This document shows positions 42,326-52,467 of a stretch of DNA of 64,000 nt, piece by piece (within the stretch, counting starts at the first letter, position 1; every line of letters begins with the position of its first letter). The position numbers and the translations under genes were made by a program. Location of the stretch: NCBI GenBank assembly GCA_963706595.1, contig OY970166.1, positions 2,432,001 through 2,496,000 of the forward strand. The letters are read 5' to 3'. Source of the stretch: an uncultured cyanobacterium (GTDB lineage Bacteria > Cyanobacteriota > Cyanobacteriia > Cyanobacteriales > Nostocaceae). The notes beneath the pieces were generated by a model, which did no database searches, was not told the origin of the DNA, and was given only the letters and a program-made list of their open reading frames with translations.

Positions 42326-45300
42326 ATGAATAATGAACTCGCTAATTCTGAACTTAACCGCTTGATTCCCCCTGAAATCAAAAATGATGAATTTTATGCT
42401 GTTATTCAAAAAATTTCAGCAGCAGAAGATATTAAAACAGTTTTAGAAATTGGCTCATCTTCAGGAGAAGGAAGTACCGAAGCATTTGTAACTGGACTTC
42501 GGCAAAACCCTAATAAACCCAAATTATTTTGCATGGAAGTTTCCAAAACTAGATTCCATGAATTACAAAAAAAATATATAAATGATGATTTTGTCAATTG
42601 CTATAATGTGTCATCTATTAGCATAAAAAACTTTCCTGACGAGCAAGAAGTTATTGATTTTTATAAAAATACTCAAAATAAGTTACACTTTTATCCCATT
42701 GAGACGGTTCTTAACTGGCTAAAACAAGATATTGAATATGTACATCAATCTGGAGTATCTGACAATGGTATTCAAAAAATTAAGCAAGAGCATAATATTG
42801 ATTATTTTGACTTAGTTTTAATCGATGGTTCAGAATTTACTGGTATAGCTGAACTAAACGAGGTATATGGAGCTAATTTTATTTGCTTAGATGATATTGA
42901 AACATTCAAGAACTATCAAAATCATCATCAGCTTCTTGCAGATCAGAACTATAAATTAATTGCTCAAAATACTTCTGTTAGGAACGGTTACTCTATTTTC
43001 AAGAAAATAGATAGCGTTGAACAGTACATATCACAATATGAAACATCTGAGCAATTGCTTGTCAGAAAAATTGTTAAGTCAGGAATGGTTGTTTTTGATG
43101 TCGGAGCAAATATTGGTGACTATTCAATTCTGCTAAGTAAACTCGTAAATGAATCTGGAAGAGTCTATTCTTTTGAACCAGCAACAGATACTTTTAATAA
43201 ACTACAAAAACGAATTTCTCAATCTAATTTTAATAATGTTTCTTTAACACAAAAAGCAGTTTATTCAAATAATAGCCAAATTGAATTTAATGAGTTTGCA
43301 GAAGACTTCTCAGTTTGGAATAGTATTGGTAAACCACAAATGCTAAATCCAAATGGCTCTGGAAAATATGTACCGATTGTAAACACTGAAATTGTAGAAA
43401 CTGTTACCCTGGATTTCTTCTGTAAAAGTAATAATATTCAGAAAATTGATTATTTAAAAATTGATGTTGAAGGCGCAGAAAGTGATGTTTTGCAAGGATG
43501 TACAGAACTATTAGAAAACAAAGCTATTAGCTTTATCCAGTTTGAAATATCACAAAAAATGCTGGAAGGATTAAATCGTCATGCTCACTCTAGTTTTGAT
43601 ATTTTAGTTAAAAACGGTTATGAATGCCATCGCATTACTCGAAGTGGGGATATTGGGGAAGAAGTAACAAATTCCGATTCTTTCTATGAAAATTATATTG
43701 CTTTTCCTTCCTTACCTATTCATTTCTTTACTATTGTTCTCAACGGACAACCATTTATAAAATACCACATAGAAATATTCAAACAACTTGCTTTTAAATG
43801 GCATTGGCACATTGTTGAAGGTGTAGCAGATTTAAAACATGATACTGGGTGGAGTGTTAGATTAGGTGGACGTATTACTGATGAAATTCATAAAAATGGT
43901 CGTAGTAATGACGGCACTACAGAATATTTAAACGAACTAGCGCAACTTTACCCTGATAATGTCACAATTTACCGGAAGCCAGAAGGTATTTTCTGGGACG
44001 GAAAACGCGAAATGGTGAATGCACCACTTGCTAATCTTCAAGAAGAATGTTTGCTGTGGCAAGTAGATGTGGATGAATTATGGACATTAGAACAGGTTTG
44101 TAATGCCAGAGAAATATTTATTACTAACCCTAATAAAACTGCTGCATTTTATTGGTGCTGGTATTTTGTTGGCGAAAAACTAATTATAAGTACTCGTAAC
44201 TGTTATGCCCAAAACCCTCAACAAGAGTGGCTAAGAACTTGGAGATTCAGGCCTGGAGCATTTTGGGCAGCACATGAACCTCCAGTATTAGTAGAAACTT
44301 TGGCAGATGGACAATATAAAAATATTGCTGATGAAAATCCTTTCTTACATCAAGAGACTGAAAAGTTTGGTTTAGTTTTTCAACATTTTGCCTATGCTAC
44401 AAAAGAACAATTACAATTTAAAGAACAATACTATGGTTATAGTAATGCTGTAGCTCAGTGGGAAGCCTTACAAAAAACACATAAACTACCAATTTTTTTA
44501 CGTGAATATTTTTCCTGGGTTACAGATCAAACTCAAGTAGACATTGCAGATTCACTTGGAATAATACCAATTGCACAAAAAGAAATTGGTAAAAATGATT
44601 TGCAGTTTTTACAACCAGATGAAGTACAGCAAAAAAAATTACAAATTAAAACAATAGTACCAATAATTATTGTTGATGGTGTATTTTTCCAACTCTACGA
44701 AACTGGTATTGCACGTGTCTGGAAATCATTACTAGAAGAATGGGCAAATAACGGATTTGCAAAACATATCGTTGTGCTTAATCGTGCTGGAACTGCTCCT
44801 CAAATCCCTGGTGTTAGATATCGTAATATAGGACGCTACGACTATAACAACACTGCTCCTGACCGAGAAATGCTACAGCAGGTGTGTGATGAAGAAGGAG
44901 CATATTTATTTATCTCTTCTTATTACACTACTCCTCATACCACACCTTCTGTGTTCATGGCCTATGACATGATACCAGAAGTTATGGGATGGGATATGAA
45001 TAATCCCATGTGGCAAGCAAAACATCAAGCTATTCAAACAGCATCTGCTTATATAGCCATTTCTAAACATACCGCATCTGACCTTGCAAGCTGTTTTTCT
45101 GATATACCACTCGAAACTATTACTGTTGCTCATTGTGGTGTTAGTTCTACTTTCTTACCTGCAAAACCCGAAGAAATTAATAATTTTAAAATTAAATACG
45201 GTATTACTAAACCTTACTTACTCTTAGTTGGTGCTGGTGGTGGTTATAAGAATACTCTGTTATTCTTCCAAGCTTTTTCAAAACTTGTCAGCAGTTGTGG

Positions 45301-46147
45301 ATTTGACATTATATTAACTGGAAGTGGTGGTGTATTAGCACCTGAATATCGAGCTTATACATCAGGTAGTGCAGTTTATATGCTGCAACTCAGCGATGAA
45401 GAGTTAGCAATAGCTTATTCTGGTGCTATAGCGCTGGTTTATCCTTCTAAATATGAAGGTTTTGGGATGCCGATAATTGAAGCAATGGCTTGCGGGTGTC
45501 CTGTAATTACTTGTCCTAACGCCTCAATTCCCGAAGCTGCGGGAGAAGCAGCAATATATGTGAATGATGATGATGTGGATGGACTAGCAAATGCACTCTG
45601 TGAGGTGCAAAAACCTAGCATTCGTCAAGCATTGATTTTTGCTGGTTTAGTGCAAGCACAAAAGTTTTCTTGGTCAAATATGGCAGAAACTGTTAGTTCT
45701 GCCTTAATTAAGGCTACTCTTCTGAGTTTGAATCTTAAAGAAATTAATTTCATTATTTTCCCTGATTGGTCACAACCAGAAGAGTCAATTGGTTTAGACT
45801 TGGAGCTAGTTTTGAAGGTGGTAGCAAATCATCCTGATAGTGAAAAAACTACTTTACTGGTCAATACCAAGAACATTTCTGTAGAAGATGCCGAACTATT
45901 TTTATCTAGTGTGGCAATGAATATTCTAATGCAAGAAGATTTAGATATTACCGAGGGATTAGAAATTTCCCTGGTTGCAGATTTGGCAGATATTCAGTGG
46001 AAAGCTTTACTACCTCGCATCAGTGGCAGAATTATCTTAGAGCATGAAGATGAAAACAGCATAATTCAAGCAAAAGCCGAGAATATCACAGCTTATGAAT
46101 TAGAAAGTTTAAATTCAGTTATAGACGAACAGTTTTTTTTTACTTAA
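42326..46147 (+). CDS. Multidomain protein: methyltransferase-like, FkbM methyltransferase, GT-A-like and GT4 glycosyltransferase domains
   Basis: VLEIGSSSG; FDVGANIG...FEP...LKIDVEGAE; QVDVDE; YPSKYEGFGMPIIEAMACG. Confidence 0.85.
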   Translation: MNNELANSELNRLIPPEIKNDEFYAVIQKISAAEDIKTVLEIGSSSGEGSTEAFVTGLRQNPNKPKLFCMEVSKTRFHELQKKYINDDFVNCYNVSSISIKNFPDEQEVIDFYKNTQNKLHFYPIETVLNWLKQDIEYVHQSGVSDNGIQKIKQEHNIDYFDLVLIDGSEFTGIAELNEVYGANFICLDDIETFKNYQNHHQLLADQNYKLIAQNTSVRNGYSIFKKIDSVEQYISQYETSEQLLVRKIVKSGMVVFDVGANIGDYSILLSKLVNESGRVYSFEPATDTFNKLQKRISQSNFNNVSLTQKAVYSNNSQIEFNEFAEDFSVWNSIGKPQMLNPNGSGKYVPIVNTEIVETVTLDFFCKSNNIQKIDYLKIDVEGAESDVLQGCTELLENKAISFIQFEISQKMLEGLNRHAHSSFDILVKNGYECHRITRSGDIGEEVTNSDSFYENYIAFPSLPIHFFTIVLNGQPFIKYHIEIFKQLAFKWHWHIVEGVADLKHDTGWSVRLGGRITDEIHKNGRSNDGTTEYLNELAQLYPDNVTIYRKPEGIFWDGKREMVNAPLANLQEECLLWQVDVDELWTLEQVCNAREIFITNPNKTAAFYWCWYFVGEKLIISTRNCYAQNPQQEWLRTWRFRPGAFWAAHEPPVLVETLADGQYKNIADENPFLHQETEKFGLVFQHFAYATKEQLQFKEQYYGYSNAVAQWEALQKTHKLPIFLREYFSWVTDQTQVDIADSLGIIPIAQKEIGKNDLQFLQPDEVQQKKLQIKTIVPIIIVDGVFFQLYETGIARVWKSLLEEWANNGFAKHIVVLNRAGTAPQIPGVRYRNIGRYDYNNTAPDREMLQQVCDEEGAYLFISSYYTTPHTTPSVFMAYDMIPEVMGWDMNNPMWQAKHQAIQTASAYIAISKHTASDLASCFSDIPLETITVAHCGVSSTFLPAKPEEINNFKIKYGITKPYLLLVGAGGGYKNTLLFFQAFSKLVSSCGFDIILTGSGGVLAPEYRAYTSGSAVYMLQLSDEELAIAYSGAIALVYPSKYEGFGMPIIEAMACGCPVITCPNASIPEAAGEAAIYVNDDDVDGLANALCEVQKPSIRQALIFAGLVQAQKFSWSNMAETVSSALIKATLLSLNLKEINFIIFPDWSQPEESIGLDLELVLKVVANHPDSEKTTLLVNTKNISVEDAELFLSSVAMNILMQEDLDITEGLEISLVADLADIQWKALLPRISGRIILEHEDENSIIQAKAENITAYELESLNSVIDEQFFFT

Positions 46148-47811
46148 GTAACAAACTCTACTCTCAAGACAAATGGCAAGAGGCTATTGCACAATTTCAA
46201 GAACTTCTCAAAATCCAATCATGTGATGCAGAAGTTTATTGGCAATTAAGTGAGTGCTATAGACAGTTAAACCTATTAGATGAATATTTCCAAACACTCC
46301 AGCAAGGAATTAAACTTCATCCTAGAGATGGGCAATTGCATTTTTCATTAATTGTTAACTTGCGGGTTCATGGGCATGTTCAGGAAGCTATTAATTGTGC
46401 CGAAAATGCCTGTAAATACTTACCTGAGAATTACACCTTTCAAATTTTTAAGTATTTAATAGTTCCATCACTATACAATAACCCAGAAGAAATTAGCTTC
46501 TATCGGCAACGCTATACTCAGGGACTGCAAGATTTAACTCAGGAAACTTCTCTGAAAACCCCTGAAGAAAAAAATAGTGCCTTAGCAGGTATAGGTCGGC
46601 TGACTAACTTTTACTTATCATTTCAAGCACAAAATGATATTGAATTACAACGTCAGTATGGCGAGTTAGTGCATAAAATTATGGCAGCCAACTTCCCCCA
46701 ATGGGTAGTTCCTTTATCTATGCCACAACTTCAGCCTAATCAAAAAATTAGGATTGGCTATGCTTCAAATTACCTACATTCTTATAGTGGAACTTTATGG
46801 TTACTTGGCTGGCTACGTTACTGTAATCATGAACACTTTGAAATTTATTGTTACTACACAGGAAACACTCCTGATGCAATAACTCAAAAATTTCAAGAAT
46901 ATAGTGATGTATTTCACCATATTCCGCATAACTTATCCGCAGTTTGTCAACAGATAATTGCCCATAAGCTGCACATTCTAGTTTATCCCGAAATTGGTAT
47001 GGACGCACCAACTATGCAAATGGCAGGTTTGCGGCTTGCACCTGTGCAGTGTACAGCTTGGGGTCATCCAGTAACAACTGGCTTACCGACAATTGATTAT
47101 TTCTTATCTAGTGAGTTAATGGAAGCAGAAAATGCCCAAGAACATTACTCAGAGAAATTAATTCTTTTACCTAATATTGGTGTTTCGTACCCTAAACCAT
47201 ACATTCCTCCTGTTAGCAAAACTCGTTCAGATTATGGTTTAAGTGATGCAGATATAATTTATTTATGTTGTCAAGCACCTTTTAAATATTTACCACAATA
47301 TGATTTTATCTTGGCAGAAATTGCTAGTCGTGTGCCAAAAGCTAAATTTCTCTTTCTGCGTGGTGAACTACTTAAACAACGTCTAAAACGTGCTTTTGCT
47401 GCTGTTGATTTAGATTTTCAAGATTACTGTGTGTTTCTGACGATTCCAGAACGGCTAGATTATTTAATGATTAACCTACTTTCAGATGTTTACTTAGATA
47501 CATTTACTTGGTCTGGTGGTAATACTAGCTTAGAAGCCATAGCCTGTAATCTTCCCATTGTCACTTGTCCAGGGGAGTTTATGCGGGGTCGTCACACTGA
47601 TAGTTTTTTTAAAATGATCGGTGTCACAGATACTATTGCTAGTAATCAACAAGAATATATTGAAATTGTGGTTAATTTGGGATTAAATCGAGAGTGGAGA
47701 AATGATATTGTTGAAAAAGTGAAGAAAAATAAAGATCGTCTATTTGATGATCAAGTTTGTGTGAAAGGTCTAGAGGATTTTTATAAACAGGTTGTTATAA
47801 AAAAAATGTAA
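46141..47811 (+). CDS. TPR + SPINDLY/O-GlcNAc transferase (GT41-like) frame, probably the C-terminal part of the upstream gene
   Basis: RIGYAS, RLAPVQCTAWGHPVTTG and YLDTF.WSGGNTSLEA; the TPR-like coding frame extends upstream of TTG 46336 to the T9 tract with no start codon. Confidence 0.8.
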   Translation, partial: YLSNKLYSQDKWQEAIAQFQELLKIQSCDAEVYWQLSECYRQLNLLDEYFQTLQQGIKLHPRDGQLHFSLIVNLRVHGHVQEAINCAENACKYLPENYTFQIFKYLIVPSLYNNPEEISFYRQRYTQGLQDLTQETSLKTPEEKNSALAGIGRLTNFYLSFQAQNDIELQRQYGELVHKIMAANFPQWVVPLSMPQLQPNQKIRIGYASNYLHSYSGTLWLLGWLRYCNHEHFEIYCYYTGNTPDAITQKFQEYSDVFHHIPHNLSAVCQQIIAHKLHILVYPEIGMDAPTMQMAGLRLAPVQCTAWGHPVTTGLPTIDYFLSSELMEAENAQEHYSEKLILLPNIGVSYPKPYIPPVSKTRSDYGLSDADIIYLCCQAPFKYLPQYDFILAEIASRVPKAKFLFLRGELLKQRLKRAFAAVDLDFQDYCVFLTIPERLDYLMINLLSDVYLDTFTWSGGNTSLEAIACNLPIVTCPGEFMRGRHTDSFFKMIGVTDTIASNQQEYIEIVVNLGLNREWRNDIVEKVKKNKDRLFDDQVCVKGLEDFYKQVVIKKM

Positions 47812-47825
47812 ACATTGGTTAATAA

Positions 47826-47931
47826 AATTTTCTAAGTTTTTGGTTTTTAGAAGTTTAATAGTTGCTTCCAGCCAAAGATAATCGTCAACTTCATGCAGTT
47901 GTTGTAGGTAATTTTGTGTTATGTTTAACAT
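47826..47931 (-). pseudogene. DUF29-like N-terminal fragment
   Basis: MLNITQNYLQQLHEVDDYLWLEATIKLLKTKNL, after which resemblance is lost. Confidence 0.5.
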
Positions 47932-48098
47932 AATATAAATTCCTCTTTGTGAGTAGTTATCATTTATAATGATGTATTTGTCATCACATAATACTAATAA
48001 TCGCCCTTAATTCAAAGATTAACATAATTCATGGCGTAAGTCCTATTATTAGATTTTCTGGTTGGCTTTTCAGACATAATGCGATAAAATTTAAAGTC

Positions 48099-48335
48099 AT
48101 GACAACCGCAAAACCAACAATTAATTCTGTTATTGTCCCAAAAAGACTACCCTTTTTGGAATCAATCTGTTGGCAAACAGCAGATGTATATAGGTTTACT
48201 CTAGAAGAAATGCTAAGTCGTTACGAGCGTGGTTGGACATATCGTACACTGTTTAACAACCTTGAAGGTGAGGAACTTGCTTTCCTCAAGAACCTTGCTA
48301 TAAGGTATAAATCCTGGTTGCAAGTTGATTTATGA
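48099..48335 (+). CDS. Small putative antitoxin of the AbiEii-like gene
   Basis: LPFLESICWQ...MLSRYERGW; ATGA overlap with the downstream gene. Confidence 0.65.
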   Translation: MTTAKPTINSVIVPKRLPFLESICWQTADVYRFTLEEMLSRYERGWTYRTLFNNLEGEELAFLKNLAIRYKSWLQVDL

Positions 48336-49093
48336 CATTCAGATTAGAACACCATAATAAAATTCTCACGATTCTTGAATCTTTAGACTCTGAAGTCCTT
48401 ATTGAGGGTTCTGCTTACTTCGGTGGTGGGACTCTTCTTGCTCTTGATTTTGAAGAATACAGATGGAGTAACGACATTGATTTTATTGCTTCTGTTGGTA
48501 GAGAAGGCTACAAATACCTCCGTAAAGTAGTATTTGACGGTGGGTATGAAGCATTATTTCGTGATTTGAGTAAAATCAAAATTGGACGTGGTATGACTAA
48601 CCAATATGGAATCAGGATGATAGTTTTTGTAGATGATGTGCCTATCAAAACAGAAATTATTGCGGAAACTCGTTTCCAACCTGACCCGCCAAGATATCCC
48701 AAGTGGTCGCCTGTTCCTTGCTTAAGTCTCTATGACTGTTTTACCTCTAAACTGCTGTCAAATTCCGACCGCTTCATGGATGACAGCGTTGAGGCGAGAG
48801 ATTTAATTGACCTAGCAGTTCTCAGATTACAATCTCCAATCCCTGCAATATCAATTGATAAAGCCGAGAAAGCCTATGAGGTAATGCGTCCTTTGCTCAT
48901 AGCAATACAACGCTTTCAGTCAAGACCAAATTACAGAGAAAAATTTTTTGTGGGACTACAAGTTGATAAAGCTCAGATCCCCAAAATTATTGACGGTATT
49001 GATTTATTAGCAGAAGATTTAGGTTTATCCCACACTCTAAGGCTTTTTCAAGAACAGCACGATATATTTGAAGATTTAGAATCGTGCTTCTGA
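48332..49093 (+). CDS. AbiEii/AbiGii-family nucleotidyltransferase toxin
   Basis: FGGGTLLAL...YRWSNDIDF...SKL...RDLIDL. Confidence 0.85.
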   Translation: MTFRLEHHNKILTILESLDSEVLIEGSAYFGGGTLLALDFEEYRWSNDIDFIASVGREGYKYLRKVVFDGGYEALFRDLSKIKIGRGMTNQYGIRMIVFVDDVPIKTEIIAETRFQPDPPRYPKWSPVPCLSLYDCFTSKLLSNSDRFMDDSVEARDLIDLAVLRLQSPIPAISIDKAEKAYEVMRPLLIAIQRFQSRPNYREKFFVGLQVDKAQIPKIIDGIDLLAEDLGLSHTLRLFQEQHDIFEDLESCF

Positions 49094-49099
49094 AAACCA

Positions 49100-49120
49100 G
49101 AGGACTGAAGTCCTCACTAC
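49100..49120. repeat. REP-like hairpin repeat
   Basis: GAGGACTGAAGTCCTCACTAC is identical at 50017-50037; an inverted variant lies at about 49985-50005. Confidence 0.75.
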
Positions 49121-49239
49121 GAGCTTTTAAGCAATTATTGTTTACGATAATTTTCTCTACTCCTACGTGAATTCTTCTATATCATACATAATGCGATAAA
49201 ATTCAAGAGTAAAGAATGTGAAACCGTGAGAAGTTAAAC

Positions 49240-49494
49240 ATGAAAACAGTCCCCATCCAATTACCAGAAACAGTATTTTCTTCGCTCCGTAAAAATCCTG
49301 AAGAGTTTGTTCAGGAAATGAGAATTGCAGCCGCAGTTAAATGGTATGAAATCGGTAATATATCCCAAAATAAAGCCGCCGAAATTGCTGGGCTAACTCG
49401 TGCAGAATTTATCAACGCTTTATCTCGTTATCAAGTTGATTTCATTCAATACACTGCGCAAGAATTGGCTGAGGAAATAGCGAATGTTGATTAA
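49240..49494 (+). CDS. UPF0175 family antitoxin-like protein
   Basis: AAVKWYE.G.ISQNKAAEIAGLTRAEF. Confidence 0.85.
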   Translation: MKTVPIQLPETVFSSLRKNPEEFVQEMRIAAAVKWYEIGNISQNKAAEIAGLTRAEFINALSRYQVDFIQYTAQELAEEIANVD

Positions 49495-49972
49495 TCGTAT
49501 TATCATTAATTCTTCGCCTCTAATTGTTTTATTCAAAAGTAAACAAGCTGAACTCTTAGCACAACTATTTACAGAAATCTTAGTTCCTGAAGGGGTGTTT
49601 GAGGAGGTAACTAAAGGAGGAGGAGATGATATTGCTTCAAGACAATTACCTACTGTTTCTTGGATACAAATAGTAAAACTCGATAGCATCGCACCTGAAG
49701 TAGCAGCTTGGGATTTAGGAAGAGGAGAATCACAAGTATTAAGTTTAGCTTTGAGGAATTCAGATTATGCCGCTATTGTGGATGATAGAGCAGCACGGCG
49801 TTGTGGTCAATCATTAAGTATTCTTACTATGGGTACTGGAGGTTTACTCATTTTAGCAAAAAGACGGGGACTTATTACCAGCATATCTCCAGGAATTCAG
49901 GCTTTACGCGATGCTGGTTTATGGTTGTCAGATAGTATAGTCAATATACTTAAAAATCAAGCAGGTGAATAA
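49484..49972 (+). CDS. DUF3368 PIN-like protein
   Basis: INSSPLI...LGRGESQ...VDDRAAR...GTGGLL; overlaps UPF0175 gene. Confidence 0.85.
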   Translation: MLINRIIINSSPLIVLFKSKQAELLAQLFTEILVPEGVFEEVTKGGGDDIASRQLPTVSWIQIVKLDSIAPEVAAWDLGRGESQVLSLALRNSDYAAIVDDRAARRCGQSLSILTMGTGGLLILAKRRGLITSISPGIQALRDAGLWLSDSIVNILKNQAGE

Positions 49973-50041
49973 CGTTCTAATGTTCGTAGTCAGCACTTCA
50001 GTGCTTCCGGAGAGAGGAGGACTGAAGTCCTCACTACAAGC

Positions 50042-52231
50042 TTATGTAATATACCTTTGCCACATTTGCTGATAAGCATTTTCCATATCACGAGTAAACT
50101 GTTTAGCATTCCACAGTGGTGCAGTTTGACGAGACTGTAATAACTTCCAATGTATTTGTCGTCTCAAATTAGCATCAGTACCCAAACGCACACCCCACTC
50201 AATATACTCGTCATCACTCCAAGCAATACCTTCACTAATACCTGCATTTACCATCATGGTGTAACTATTCCGTGCTGAAAATTGCTCTCCCACTTTCGTG
50301 ACTAGAGGTACACCCACCCATAAAGTTTCCATTGTCGTGGTTGCACCATTATAGGGATAGGTATCTAACACCACATCAGCAATCTGTAAATTAGCACGAT
50401 GAATTGAGGATGACGGGACTTTTTCTAAAAAGCGTAATCTCTGTTTATTTACTCCTTCTGACTCCGCAATCTCTTCAAAAAATTCTCTGACTACACCTAC
50501 ATTTTTATTAATATCTTTGATTAAAAAATAACTATTTGGTACTTCCTTGAGGATTTTCATCTGTAAACGCACATTATCAGGGTTGCGTTTATAACCAGAC
50601 TGGGCGCTAAAATAAATGACCGCATCACTAGGAATTTCTAAATCCTCTCGTCGCAAAGTCGGTACACCTACTTCAAAACCATCAACAGCTAGATAGGTAT
50701 TTGGTAATCGCCAAATTTTTTCACTGTAATATTCTTGGGCATATTCTGGTAAAACATAATTATCAGCAATATAGTAATCAATAGCAGGTATCCCCGAACC
50801 ATCCCAACCTAACCATGTTACTTGAATTGGTGCTGGTTTTAATGCCACTGCTTCCAAAGTATTTTTACAAGTCATACTATCCAAATCTACTAAAATATCA
50901 ATTTCATCTTGATGAATTTGTTCAGCAATTTCGATTCCATCTGGCCCTAATTTCCTGACATGATCTGAATTTTGTTCATACCAATCTTGCAGAAAGTCGT
51001 GAATATGAGAACGGTAAGTAGCAAAATAAGTATAAATTTCAAATTCTTCTCTATTATGATGTTGATATAACCACCGTGCTAACCAACCTACTGAATGTTC
51101 TCGCAAACAATGGGAAAGATAACCAATTCTTAATTTCTTTGGTGCTTTTATTCTTTGAATATTGGCTTGAGAATAACGGTTATATTGTTCTTGAGCATAA
51201 GCTTGTATGCTGCTTTGGCATATTTTCAGGACTTCATTATGTAAAAAACGGTTTTGTTGAGCATCATCACGTAGATAAGGAAGAAAATATGTACAATGAA
51301 TTATACGATAAATTGCATCACGATCTAACAATAATTGTTGTTCAATTAGTTGAGATAAATTATCTTTATATTGTTTGATAAAAGGGATTGCTTTAGTCCA
51401 ATTTACACCAGTAAATAGTAAAGTATTTAAAATAATATAGTTAGAACACAATAAATCAGGTAAATTTTTAGATATAGAATAAGCTTGATAAGCAAACTCA
51501 ATTGCTACATCAACTTGATTAACATTTTGATGAAATTCAGATAGCGAAGTCAGAGCCTCTACATTATTAGGTTGTATCTGGAGACATAAATTACAGTATT
51601 TAATCGCTAAGTCAAAGCGACTCTCTTTCAGAATTGCTTGATTGGCAGTAATTAAGAAATAATCAATCAGCTTTAATTTATCCTCTATATAGGGAATACA
51701 AACTTCTGCAAACTCTAGAACCCAATCTAAAGCAGGATATTTTTTTAGAGCTTCTTTTAAAACTAGCATTAAAAAAGTAGGGTCAATATTTAAATTTTCA
51801 TCCTGAATTTTTTTAATTAATTCTAAGGTTTTTAAATTATCATTGCTAATACTATTTAACTTTGTAGATAGATGTACTAGTTTTAATAAATTCAAAACAT
51901 TATCTTGATTAATTTCCCGGATATGGTGACGAATTGCCCAAGCTAATACATAGCTATCTAAATCTTCTTGGCGTTGTGCTTCCGTGTCTAAAATGTTGAC
52001 TAATTCCTGAATGTACTGCCCCATATTTGCTTCTTCTTCGTCAATAAGGGCTAACATCCAAGCAGTTTGCGCTTCTGCTTCTTGACCATGTAATAATAAA
52101 GCTAGACCTAAATACCAATGGTATTTTTTTATTTCTGGATACTGTTCACTTAATTCTTCATAAAAATTGATTGCATTGCCATATTCTCCATTAGTCAGAA
52201 ATTGAAAAGCTTGTAATTCTTGAGGGTTCAT
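50042..52231 (-). CDS. TPR + SPINDLY/O-GlcNAc transferase-like protein (paralogue 2)
   Basis: LRIGYLS...HSVGWL, KPAPIQVTWLG and LDTYPYNGATTT. Confidence 0.9.
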   Translation of the reverse strand: MNPQELQAFQFLTNGEYGNAINFYEELSEQYPEIKKYHWYLGLALLLHGQEAEAQTAWMLALIDEEEANMGQYIQELVNILDTEAQRQEDLDSYVLAWAIRHHIREINQDNVLNLLKLVHLSTKLNSISNDNLKTLELIKKIQDENLNIDPTFLMLVLKEALKKYPALDWVLEFAEVCIPYIEDKLKLIDYFLITANQAILKESRFDLAIKYCNLCLQIQPNNVEALTSLSEFHQNVNQVDVAIEFAYQAYSISKNLPDLLCSNYIILNTLLFTGVNWTKAIPFIKQYKDNLSQLIEQQLLLDRDAIYRIIHCTYFLPYLRDDAQQNRFLHNEVLKICQSSIQAYAQEQYNRYSQANIQRIKAPKKLRIGYLSHCLREHSVGWLARWLYQHHNREEFEIYTYFATYRSHIHDFLQDWYEQNSDHVRKLGPDGIEIAEQIHQDEIDILVDLDSMTCKNTLEAVALKPAPIQVTWLGWDGSGIPAIDYYIADNYVLPEYAQEYYSEKIWRLPNTYLAVDGFEVGVPTLRREDLEIPSDAVIYFSAQSGYKRNPDNVRLQMKILKEVPNSYFLIKDINKNVGVVREFFEEIAESEGVNKQRLRFLEKVPSSSIHRANLQIADVVLDTYPYNGATTTMETLWVGVPLVTKVGEQFSARNSYTMMVNAGISEGIAWSDDEYIEWGVRLGTDANLRRQIHWKLLQSRQTAPLWNAKQFTRDMENAYQQMWQRYIT

Positions 52232-52298
52232 TTTTTTACAGTAAAAACCTATTCATATCACAAATGTAAGCTGAGAGATATTTGAAAAGTTTTGGCGA

Positions 52299-52461
52299 AT
52301 ATAGAAATCCGATTTGATTATTGAAAAAAGCTAAGTATATGTATATGTAGGGTGTGTTATGGCTTTAGCCTAACGCACCCACCGTCTTCCAGGTCTTGGT
52401 GCTGTACTCTCCTCAATAACACACCCTACGTGTGTTTCATAAATCAAATATGAATCCTATA
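52299..52461. mobile_element. MITE-like element between the OGT paralogues
   Basis: Imperfect inverted ends TATAGAAATCCGATTTGATT...AATCAAATATGAATCCTATA; internal inverted pair GTAGGGTGTGTTA/TAACACACCCTAC. Confidence 0.6.
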
Positions 52462-52467
52462 GAGTTG

